A stretch of DNA of 64,000 bases from an uncultured cyanobacterium (GTDB taxonomy: Bacteria > Cyanobacteriota > Cyanobacteriia > CAKZMO01), in contig CAVRCJ010000010.1 of assembly GCA_963719515.1 (NCBI GenBank), positions 128,001 through 192,000 of the forward strand, in the 5' to 3' direction. Below, piece by piece: positions 52,514-60,827 of this stretch. Position numbers and translations under genes: made by a program. The notes beneath the pieces were generated by a model, which was not told where the DNA came from, searched no databases, and saw nothing but the letters and a program-made list of their open reading frames with translations. Position 1 is the first letter of the stretch; each line of letters opens with the position of its first letter.

Positions 52514-52661
52514 TGAACTGGGGGCAGTCTTGCGTCGCCATAGGGAAAGGGGAAAGCTGAGGATTTCCCTACGGTAGGTAGAGCCTATGCCAAGAGGACA
52601 GTTCATCAAAGAGATCTCAAGGCGCTAAGCGTCGTTGCGCAGTTTCATCAGTTCTGCAACG

Positions 52662-54119
52662 CTAGACAAACTCGCCTTCAATGACTTTATGTCGACGGCG
52701 AGCGGCGATCGCCATAGCTGATGCTACCGCTAGGCCCGCGATCGCTCCGGCTGGGTAGAGGGAACCCTCGGGTAGCCCGTGGTGCCACCGCTCAAGAGCG
52801 GGCTCTTCCGGCGGAATGAGCTCAGGGGGTGAGACAAGCTCCCAGGTCAATGATTCTTCAGCAGCCTCGAGCTGCAGCTGTTCCCGGCGGTCGATATGCC
52901 GCTGCAGCTGGTGCGTACTGGTCAATAGCCGCTGTTGCGCAGCCTCATACCGGCTCAGCGCCCCCGCCACGCGATGGCGCTCCTCAGCTAGCGTTATCTC
53001 CACCTGCGCGAGCGTTTTTTGGCGCAGTTCCAGGACTTCGATCTGATGGACAACGCCGACGAGCTTTTGCAGCAGCTCGCCGTAGATAGGCTGCTGAAAA
53101 ACAGGATCAACCGGGCCCCGGGGATTGTTCAAAAAGCGTCTGAGCCCCCCTTGAGCGTCTTGGGCGAGCTGTGCTGAGATAGAGCTGTGCTGTTGATAGA
53201 GGGTGCGCAGCGCCTGGCCATCGGTTTGAGCACGGCCAAACTCTACCGCAATTTTCTGCTCAACCTGACGCAAGATCTCTAGGGTCTGCTGATAGGGGGC
53301 ATCCTGCTGCAGTGTCGTAGAGGCTGGGGTTTGTTCTCTTATGCTGAGCCGATCTTTTAGGGTCGCCTGCTCTCGATAGGCGGCAGACAGGCGCTGCTCT
53401 AGCTCAATAGTTTGGCGCTGAGCCTCTACAGTCCGAGCCTGCAGCAACTTTGCCTGCCGGTCTGGGGCTGCGCTGCTTGCGTATAGCTGGCGCAGCTGGG
53501 TCTGGTCGGCCTGTACCTGCTGCTGCACGGCGGGCAGTTTTGCCTCAATAAACTGCAGGCCGCGGCAGGCGGATTGACGGCACGTATGACCGTGGGATAG
53601 ATAGGTCGAACTGAGCTGGTCGATGACGGCCTGGGCCGTTTCTGCGTCCGGGTGACGGTAGCGAATATCGAAAGTCTCTCCTCGGGCTTCAAGGGTCAGC
53701 GATTGGATGAGGCTGTCGTAATTGATATCGATGGCGCGAGCCTGAAGCTGGTCAACGACAGGTTCGAGCAATGTTGGGCTCTCCATCACCTCAAGCTGCG
53801 TCTCAATATCGAGATGGGTACGCCCCCTGCTCTCGGCAGCTAATTTGACGTGCGCTTCGTAGGTTGGAGTGACCTGTGTGGCTTGATCAATGATCCCGAT
53901 AGCAGCGACGATCGCCACTCCTGCCGCAATACTAATCGGGAGCAAGCGATCGCTGGGATCACTGTCATAGACCACCGCGTCGCAGTCAAGCAGAGCGGGC
54001 TTGAGGCGAGGGGCCAGCACAACTGCCGAGGAGGAGGAGGCAATCACCTGAGGCCAACCGTCTGCCGGGCGCGTTGGCTCAGCAGGGATCCAGAGGGGTG
54101 GCATCGCGATTGTCTCCAT
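52662..54119 (-). CDS. GumC/Wzz/Wzc-N-like chain-length-determinant protein, no kinase domain
   Basis: TM segment, P.YEA, ETQLEVMESP.LL, I.YRHPD, long coiled coil, W.LVSPP, C-terminal TM segment. Confidence 0.7.
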   Translation of the reverse strand: METIAMPPLWIPAEPTRPADGWPQVIASSSSAVVLAPRLKPALLDCDAVVYDSDPSDRLLPISIAAGVAIVAAIGIIDQATQVTPTYEAHVKLAAESRGRTHLDIETQLEVMESPTLLEPVVDQLQARAIDINYDSLIQSLTLEARGETFDIRYRHPDAETAQAVIDQLSSTYLSHGHTCRQSACRGLQFIEAKLPAVQQQVQADQTQLRQLYASSAAPDRQAKLLQARTVEAQRQTIELEQRLSAAYREQATLKDRLSIREQTPASTTLQQDAPYQQTLEILRQVEQKIAVEFGRAQTDGQALRTLYQQHSSISAQLAQDAQGGLRRFLNNPRGPVDPVFQQPIYGELLQKLVGVVHQIEVLELRQKTLAQVEITLAEERHRVAGALSRYEAAQQRLLTSTHQLQRHIDRREQLQLEAAEESLTWELVSPPELIPPEEPALERWHHGLPEGSLYPAGAIAGLAVASAMAIAARRRHKVIEGEFV

Positions 54120-54187
54120 GATCTTCTTTGTGATACCAGGTTTACGTTTTCAATGAGTTATACGGCGTTTCCGTGCTCCTATCGGGA

Positions 54188-54281
54188 TAAGTAGGAGTCC
54201 ATAAATAAACGACGCGCTCAGGGGGTTCGCCCCCCACCGGGGGGCGAACCCCAACACCGTTTACTTGTGGCTAGCCATTTA
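54188..54281. mobile_element. MITE-like inverted-repeat element with a central GC hairpin
   Basis: TAAGTAGGAGTCCATAAATAAACG ... CGTTTACTTGTGGCTAGCCATTTA imperfect terminal inverted repeats. Core GGGGTTCGCCCCCC-ACC-GGGGGGCGAACCCC at 54222-54252. Confidence 0.5.
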
Positions 54282-54369
54282 CCTACTCATGTTCACAACG
54301 AGACGACTACAATTGAGAGTGTGGAGAGCCTAAAGACCTGGCCAGCAAAGAGCCAATTTTGGATGACCT

Positions 54370-55389
54370 ATGATCCCAGCGGTGCTAATCAAAGAGTTGC
54401 AAAAGCGCTACGGCTCCGTTGATGCGCTCAACGGGGTTTCCTTCAGCGTAGAGCCCGGCGAAATTTTTGGTCTGCTTGGCCCAAACGGGGCTGGGAAAAC
54501 CACGACCCTGCGCTGCTTATGTACCCTGGCTTCGCCAGATTCAGGGACGGTGGAGGTGTCGGGAACGTCGGTGATTGAGGAGCCAAAGCTCGCCCGCCAA
54601 CGCCTTGGCTACGTGGCTCAGGAGGTGGCTTTGGACAAGGTGCTCACGGGGCGAGAGCTGCTGCAGCTACAGGCGGCGCTCTACCATATTCCTCGGGCAG
54701 CGGCAGTGGCGCGCATTGATGCCATGGTTTCGCTGCTGGGGCTGACAGACTGGATAGACCAAAAAAGCGGCATTTACTCGGGCGGGCTGAAAAAGCGGCT
54801 CGATTTGGCGGCTGGGCTCCTGCATCAGCCAGACGTTTTAGTATTAGACGAGCCTACGGTAGGTCTAGACATTGAAAGCCGCGTGGTTGTCTGGGACTTT
54901 TTGCGGCAGCTCAAGGCTAGTGGGACGACGGTGCTGTTAACCAGCCACTACCTAGAAGAAGTTGACGCTCTAGCGGACCGCGTTGCCATCATCGACAAAG
55001 GCACCGTGATTGCCTCGGGAACCCCATCAGACCTCAAAGATAAGGTGGGCGGCGATCGCATCACCTTACGCATTCGCGAGTTTACGCCAGACGACGAAGT
55101 GACCCAAGCTCGGGGACTGCTAGAGCAGCTGCCTTTCGTCCAGGAAATCATCGTTAACGAGTCCCAGGGCAACTCCCTCAACATGGTGGTCGACCCCCAA
55201 AGTGAAGCTTTGATTACGGTACGGCAGGCGCTCAAAGACGCAGGACTGCCTACCTTTGGCATCTCTCAAGCCCGCCCGAGTCTAGATGATGTCTATCTCG
55301 CGGCCACCGGCAAAACCCTCATGGACGCGGAGCTAGCCGCTGCGGGGAACCGCGATCTCAAGGCTGAACGCAAGCAAAACATGCGCTAA
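54370..55389 (+). CDS. ABC-2 exporter ATPase (DrrA-like)
   Basis: GPNGAGKTT, YSGG, LDEPT, SHY, PSLDDVYL. Confidence 0.92.
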   Translation: MIPAVLIKELQKRYGSVDALNGVSFSVEPGEIFGLLGPNGAGKTTTLRCLCTLASPDSGTVEVSGTSVIEEPKLARQRLGYVAQEVALDKVLTGRELLQLQAALYHIPRAAAVARIDAMVSLLGLTDWIDQKSGIYSGGLKKRLDLAAGLLHQPDVLVLDEPTVGLDIESRVVVWDFLRQLKASGTTVLLTSHYLEEVDALADRVAIIDKGTVIASGTPSDLKDKVGGDRITLRIREFTPDDEVTQARGLLEQLPFVQEIIVNESQGNSLNMVVDPQSEALITVRQALKDAGLPTFGISQARPSLDDVYLAATGKTLMDAELAAAGNRDLKAERKQNMR

Positions 55390-55411
55390 ACCAAGACACC
55401 CTAACATCGAC

Positions 55412-56284
55412 ATGAATCAAACCATTACTCCCCTGACTCCCGCCTCCGGTACGCTACAGCACACCCCCGGTCTACTCTCCGGCGAGTTCGTCCAAGAGAC
55501 GACAGCGTTGGCCAAGCGGCTGTTTATTCAGCTGCAGCGGCGACCCACCACCCTTATTGCTGGCATTATTCAGCCTCTGATGTGGCTGATTTTATTTGGA
55601 GCGCTGTTCCAGAATGTTCCCCAAGGGCTGTTTGGTACCAGCCAAAGCTATGGGCAGTTTTTAGGTGCGGGCATCATCGTGTTCACGGCCTTTGGCGGTG
55701 CCCTCAATGCTGGGCTTCCCGTAATGTTCGACCGAGAGTTTGGCTTTCTTAATCGACTGTTGGTGGCTCCCCTCGCGTCTCGCCTCTCGATTGTGATGGC
55801 CTCTGCGATCTTCATCGCTACCCTGAGCATGGTTCAGACCGCCGTGATTGTGGCCGCAAGCGCCGTCATGGGGGCCGGACTTCCTGGATTGGGAGGACTG
55901 CTGCTTGTCGCGGGTATCGTGCTGCTCCTGGTCTTGGGCGTAACGGGCCTTAGCCTCGCACTGGCGTTCGCTCTGCCGGGTCACGTCGAGCTGATTGCGG
56001 TTATCTTTGTCAGCAACCTGCCGCTGCTGTTTTCCAGCACGGCACTGGCTCCGCTGTCGTTTATGCCCACCTGGCTCCGCTGGATTGCTGCTCTCAACCC
56101 TTTGAGCTACGCTATTGAACCCATCCGCTACGTTTACACTAACAGCGCCTGGGGCTTGGACAGCGTTGTGATGCAGGCTCCCTTTGGCGATGTAACCCTG
56201 TGGTCGGCGGTGCTGGTGCTGGTTGGGTTTGATGCGATCGCTCTAGCTGCCGTTCAGTCCTTGCTGCGTCGCTCTTTCTCTTGA
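55412..56284 (+). CDS. ABC-2 exporter permease (DrrB-like)
   Basis: QPLMWLILFG, DREFGFLNRLLVAP, NPLSYAIE. Confidence 0.92.
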   Translation: MNQTITPLTPASGTLQHTPGLLSGEFVQETTALAKRLFIQLQRRPTTLIAGIIQPLMWLILFGALFQNVPQGLFGTSQSYGQFLGAGIIVFTAFGGALNAGLPVMFDREFGFLNRLLVAPLASRLSIVMASAIFIATLSMVQTAVIVAASAVMGAGLPGLGGLLLVAGIVLLLVLGVTGLSLALAFALPGHVELIAVIFVSNLPLLFSSTALAPLSFMPTWLRWIAALNPLSYAIEPIRYVYTNSAWGLDSVVMQAPFGDVTLWSAVLVLVGFDAIALAAVQSLLRRSFS

Positions 56285-56507
56285 TTTCAGCGAGGCTCTC
56301 GAAAAAGCTGATCCCCAGCGTTCCTCCTGAAGCGGTCACCTTGAAGATAGGCACACCGACTAGAGCGTGAGGGCGAGAAAAAGGCATAATGCTGATAAGC
56401 CTGCCCTCTCTTTTGTACTCAGCGACTTATTCCCCTCAATGGTGCTCGCCAGAATAGGTCCTCTCAATAACATCTACAGTACTCCACAGCTCAGCGCGGT
56501 AGCTCAT

Positions 56508-56861
56508 ATGAAACTTACGACTCAGCTCGTTTTATCCCTGTCTGTTGCCCTCTGCGGTTTTGGCCTGGCGACTGCAGCCAGCGCCCAAACGACTATCGAT
56601 CCCTTAGAGGATTTACGGACCAACGACAACAGCAACAATCCCTTTGAAGGGAGCGGCAACTCTGCCCAAACAGGCATCTTTGATCTAATCCACAACTCCG
56701 TGCTCAGCAATGGAACTTCTAGAGAGGAGTTCAATGAGGCCCGAAGTGAGAACATTGAGGAACAGGCCGGCAGCTTTCGAGAGCAGCAGCGCCGGTTGCT
56801 CAACCAAAACGTCCAAGGCGACGCTGCTCAGAGCGATGCCGCCTCGAATCGTCAGCAGTAG
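56508..56861 (+). CDS. Hypothetical secreted protein
   Basis: Signal peptide MKLTTQ...ASA-Q; IFDLIH motif. Confidence 0.65.
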   Translation: MKLTTQLVLSLSVALCGFGLATAASAQTTIDPLEDLRTNDNSNNPFEGSGNSAQTGIFDLIHNSVLSNGTSREEFNEARSENIEEQAGSFREQQRRLLNQNVQGDAAQSDAASNRQQ

Positions 56862-56887
56862 CTGCTGACGCCGTTGAGGATTCGAGA

Positions 56888-57475
56888 ATGTCTACTGAAG
56901 CCTGTTCAGCCGACATTCTTGCCTTTTGGTTTGGCAAGTCGAGTCAAGTCGACATCAGCTATCGCGCTCGCCGAAAGCTCTGGTTTGGCAAGTCAGCGGC
57001 GTTTGACGCTCAGGTCCGCCAGCGATTCAAGTCTCTCTACGCCGCCGCATCTAGCGGCATAGACTGGCCGGAGACCCCGGACGATCGCTTAGCGCTAGCC
57101 CTGCTCTTGGACCAATTTCCGCGCAATATGTTTCGCGGGACTCCAGCTGCATTCGCTTCAGATCCCCAGGCCCGAGCAGTGTCCCGCTCCGCGATCGCTC
57201 AGGGCTTCGATCAAGCAGTGTCGCCCCTGCGGCGCATGTTCTTCTACTTTCCTCTAGAGCATAGCGAGTCGCTGATGGATCAGCAGCAGGCCATAGACTG
57301 CTTTAAAGGCCTAGTGGACCAAGCGCCAGAGCTTCAGGACACGTTCGACTACGCCATTCGTCATCAGCGAGTAATTCAGCGGTTTGGGCGCTTTCCCCAC
57401 CGCAACCCAATTTTGGGTCGCCTCAGTACCCCTGCCGAGGTGGCGTTTTTAAAGCAGCCGGGCTCTTCGTTCTAG
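56888..57475 (+). CDS. DUF924-family protein
   Basis: ILAFWF, LLDQFPRNMFR, PLEHSE, FGRFPHRN. Confidence 0.92.
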   Translation: MSTEACSADILAFWFGKSSQVDISYRARRKLWFGKSAAFDAQVRQRFKSLYAAASSGIDWPETPDDRLALALLLDQFPRNMFRGTPAAFASDPQARAVSRSAIAQGFDQAVSPLRRMFFYFPLEHSESLMDQQQAIDCFKGLVDQAPELQDTFDYAIRHQRVIQRFGRFPHRNPILGRLSTPAEVAFLKQPGSSF

Positions 57476-57481
57476 TCCTTC

Positions 57482-60139
57482 ATGGTGCTAAAGAACCTCT
57501 ACCGCCATCTGCGTGCGCTCTCTCTTCGCCCTAAGCGTATCGCCATCTTTGAAGCCTGCGCCATTGGTTTAGTGTCGGGGCTAGCAGCGGTACTGCTGCG
57601 CGAGGGAGCGGGGGCGTTGGGCCTTTGGCGTATCCAGCTCGCGGAGCAGCCCGGCTACTGGTGGGTATTGCCCGTTGTGGGCTGCGCTGGCGGTGGGCTA
57701 GCGGGGCTGTTGGTGGAAGGGCTCGCCCCTGAGGCCGCAGGCAGCGGCATCCCCCAGGTGAAAGTAGCGCTGGCCAATATGCCAATTCGGCTGAACCTAC
57801 GGGTCGCCCTGGTGAAACTACTGGGGGTGGTGCTGGTGATGGGATCTGGGCTTAACTTAGGGCGACAGGGACCAACGGTACATATCGGCGCAGCGCTGGC
57901 GGCCCAGTTCAACCAATGGATTCCGACCTCTCCAGAATATCGGCGACAGCTGCTGGCCTCAGGGGCGGCGGCGGGTCTGGCTGCAGGGTTCAACGCCCCC
58001 ATTGCAGGGGTTTTGTTTGTGGTGGAGGAGCTGCTGCAAGACTTCTCTGGGCTGACTTTGGGCACTGCCATCTTGGCCTCGTTCATCGGGGCAGTCGTCT
58101 CCCGAATTCTAGGGGGACGTAGCGGTAGCCTTACCCTTGCAACGACCGTTTCCCAGGCCGATGTCTCTCTACAGGATGTGCCCTTCTTTATCGTGCTGGG
58201 ACTCTTGGCGGGGGTACTGGGGGCGCTGTTTTGTCGCGGCATTATCGCCAGCAGCCTGCTTAACCGCCGCCTTGAGCTAAGACTCCCCCTCAAAATCGCG
58301 ATCGCAGGCGCTGCTTCGGGGGCAATTACCATGCTGCTGCCCACCGTGTTTCGCGACAATACCGGCTTGCCCGAGTTTCTCAGTCAGGGAGGGGTCGCCT
58401 GGCAGCTGGTGTTTTTGGGCTTTGGCCTTAAGTTTTTGCTGACGCTAATTGCCAGCGGCTCCGGCGCTCCGGGGGGAATCTTTGCCCCAGCGCTAATTCT
58501 AGGTTCGTCGCTGGGGCTGCTAGTCGGGCAGGGGGCAGAAGCCTTGGTGACGGTAGTGGGCCAGCCGCTGGGGCTAGCTGCCGGAATTGGTTCGGCGTCG
58601 ACCTACTCGCTAGCGGGGATGGGCGCTTTTTTTAGTGCGGTCACCAAGGGGCCGATTACCGCTATCGTCATCGTCTTTGAAATGACGGCGGATTTCAACC
58701 TGGTGCTGCCGCTGATGATTACCTCCGTCACAGCCTATCTCACCTCAGATCTGCTGTACAGTGGCTCCATTTACAACCGGCTGCTGGCCCTGCGGGGCAT
58801 CCGCTTTGACCAGGTGGGGGAGAGCAGCGAGCCGATCGTCAATCTAACCGCCGCTCAGCTGATGCAGTCTCGCGTGGAGACGCTGTCCAGTAAGATGCCT
58901 TTGCACGAAGTGATGCAGGCCTTCTCCGACTCTCACCACCGGGGCTTTCCCGTGGTCAGTGAGAGAAAGCTGGTGGGCATCGTCACTCGCTCAGATCTCG
59001 CAGACGCTTCGCGGCTACGGGCGAAGCGATCGCTCAAGGCTAGCCAGCTGTGCTTGAAAGACGTGATGACGCCGCAGCCGGTTACAGTCAGACCAACGGA
59101 TCACCTGTCCCACATTCTGTATTTGCTCAACCGCTTCAAAATTAGCCGCCTGCCGGTGACCGAAGGACAGCGGTTGGTAGGAATTATCACCCGGGCCGAT
59201 ATTATTCGAGCGGAATCAGATCAGCTCAGCGGCACCGCCAAGCCCACCGCACTGCAGGACGAGCCCTCTTATATCGTCTACCAAACCCGCTCCCCGGCTA
59301 CCGGCAATGGCCGGCTTTTGGTGCTCTTGGGCAACCCCCACACGGCCCCCTTTTTGCTGCAAATGGCGGCGGCGATCGCTCGCAGTCGGGGCTATGAGCT
59401 AGAGTGCCTGCAGATTATCAAAACCTCCCGCAGCCGCTCCCCCTGCGAGACCACGGTCCACACCCAGTTCAGTCGGCGGCTTTTGCGACAGGCGGAGCAG
59501 GTGGGACGCGAATGGGATCTCCCGGTCCACACTCAGATTCGAGCCGCCCACGATGTGGCTCAGGCTACTCTAGAAGCTATTGAGGCGCACCACATTGACC
59601 TGACGCTGATGGGCTGGCAGGGCCGGACCAAAATACCAGGGCGCGTCTTTGGCAACACCGTAGACACCCTTATCCGACAGGCGGATTGCGAGGTCATTGT
59701 CGTTAAGCTGTGTGATGCCCCCACGTTTGAAAACTGGCTTTTTCCAGTAGCAGGAGGTCCCAACTCTCAGCAGGCCTTTAAGCATCTCTCTGCCCTAATG
59801 AGCCTTGGGAAAGCGCCAACGATCGCCGTCTGTCAGGTCCTCGAGCCGGGTAAAGCCTATGATACTAGGTCTCTCAAACGGGCCGTTAAGCAGCTCAAGC
59901 GACTCGATTGCTCAGTCCGGTCTCACCCCGTTTGGGGATCAGTCGTCAGCGATGCTGTTTTGGAGGTTGCCGACGAAGAGGGCTCAGATGTGATTATCTT
60001 GGGGGCAAGTCGCGCCGGTATTTTACAGCAGGCGATTCGCAGCAATATCCCCGAGGCGATCGCTCGCAGCAGCGGCGCCACCGTCATCTTGGTGCGGGGT
60101 GCCCTCGAACTAGAAGCGGTGGCCGCCCCCAAACTTTGA
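57482..60139 (+). CDS. CLC chloride channel/transporter with a CBS pair and tandem USP-like domains
   Basis: GSGIP, GRQGP, FNAP.AG..F..EE, GGIFAP, SIY; CBS HRGFPVV and SRLPV; USP-like GNTVD and ILGASR. Confidence 0.92.
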   Translation: MVLKNLYRHLRALSLRPKRIAIFEACAIGLVSGLAAVLLREGAGALGLWRIQLAEQPGYWWVLPVVGCAGGGLAGLLVEGLAPEAAGSGIPQVKVALANMPIRLNLRVALVKLLGVVLVMGSGLNLGRQGPTVHIGAALAAQFNQWIPTSPEYRRQLLASGAAAGLAAGFNAPIAGVLFVVEELLQDFSGLTLGTAILASFIGAVVSRILGGRSGSLTLATTVSQADVSLQDVPFFIVLGLLAGVLGALFCRGIIASSLLNRRLELRLPLKIAIAGAASGAITMLLPTVFRDNTGLPEFLSQGGVAWQLVFLGFGLKFLLTLIASGSGAPGGIFAPALILGSSLGLLVGQGAEALVTVVGQPLGLAAGIGSASTYSLAGMGAFFSAVTKGPITAIVIVFEMTADFNLVLPLMITSVTAYLTSDLLYSGSIYNRLLALRGIRFDQVGESSEPIVNLTAAQLMQSRVETLSSKMPLHEVMQAFSDSHHRGFPVVSERKLVGIVTRSDLADASRLRAKRSLKASQLCLKDVMTPQPVTVRPTDHLSHILYLLNRFKISRLPVTEGQRLVGIITRADIIRAESDQLSGTAKPTALQDEPSYIVYQTRSPATGNGRLLVLLGNPHTAPFLLQMAAAIARSRGYELECLQIIKTSRSRSPCETTVHTQFSRRLLRQAEQVGREWDLPVHTQIRAAHDVAQATLEAIEAHHIDLTLMGWQGRTKIPGRVFGNTVDTLIRQADCEVIVVKLCDAPTFENWLFPVAGGPNSQQAFKHLSALMSLGKAPTIAVCQVLEPGKAYDTRSLKRAVKQLKRLDCSVRSHPVWGSVVSDAVLEVADEEGSDVIILGASRAGILQQAIRSNIPEAIARSSGATVILVRGALELEAVAAPKL

Positions 60140-60309
60140 TCCCCGCTTCATCTTTCAAAAGAGGACAACGCCAATCCTCTCAAGAAATAAGCCAATCCGC
60201 GTTGTCTCGGTCTAATATGTTTCATGGAGACGTTGAGGTATCAGTGCTGCTAGATTGGCCGCTGCATCGAAACGTCAGCGCTAACCTACTGCTTAACCTA
60301 ATTAGTCCT

Positions 60310-60795
60310 ATGGCACGCTATCGTTCTTTCCTATCCTTTGTTCTGGCGGCGATCGCCCTATTTATCGTCAGCTGCGGCGGCGTCAAAGAGGCGGCCCTGC
60401 CGACATACACCGATGCCGATATTGCTCAGATTGAAACCTACGTTGCCGATATCGATCAGCTCCGCGATCGCCTCACCGAGCTGCCTGAAATGGCGCGAAC
60501 GGCCAAGTGGTCAGACATTGATTCTTTGATTCACGGCCCTTTGGGTGATCTACGCTTCAAGATGTCGTCGGTGGCCCGCAAGCTGGATAAAAGCCAGCAG
60601 GCTGACGCCCGCAGCATTTCCAAGGACGTATTCGGCCATTTGGTTGCCATTGACGATGCCGCCAAGGGCCAGAACTACGAGAGCGTCCTGCTGAACTACA
60701 ACGGCGTCTTAGAAGACATCGAGCGGTTTGTGCAGCTGACGCCGGTATTTCCGACGCCCGGCGATGCCGCTGCGCTGCCCGCTGCAGTCGTGTAG
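60310..60795 (+). CDS. psbQ: Photosystem II extrinsic lipoprotein CyanoQ
   Basis: MARYRSFLS..L...lipobox VSC, PTY, W.DI..LIHGPLG.LR. Confidence 0.9.
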   Translation: MARYRSFLSFVLAAIALFIVSCGGVKEAALPTYTDADIAQIETYVADIDQLRDRLTELPEMARTAKWSDIDSLIHGPLGDLRFKMSSVARKLDKSQQADARSISKDVFGHLVAIDDAAKGQNYESVLLNYNGVLEDIERFVQLTPVFPTPGDAAALPAAVV

Positions 60796-60827
60796 CGAGC
60801 AGATAGGGCATAGAAAGGCTGGCTCCC

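Larger units (their letters stand above)
50958..52624 (+). ncRNA. Putative ~300-nt structured RNA or 3'UTR (50958-51147 joined to 52514-52624) interrupted by the IS
   Basis: Multiple nested stems with G-U pairs and a GCGA tetraloop. Two stems pair across the insertion point. Confidence 0.35.

Noticed and set aside
50958..52624. IStron or group I/II intron around the tnpB element
   Set aside because: The structure lies outside the IS ends. I found no group I P7 core and no convincing group II 5' GUGYG or domain V, and the site is intergenic.
54222..54252. GGTTCG as a tRNA T-loop
   Set aside because: It is part of a perfect inverted repeat with no cloverleaf. No tRNA or rRNA was seen in the window.
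57655..58359. Long antisense and overlapping ORFs (this 234-aa ORF and many 60-170-aa ORFs opposite known genes)
   Set aside because: These are shadow ORFs expected from high-GC codon bias, with no motifs.
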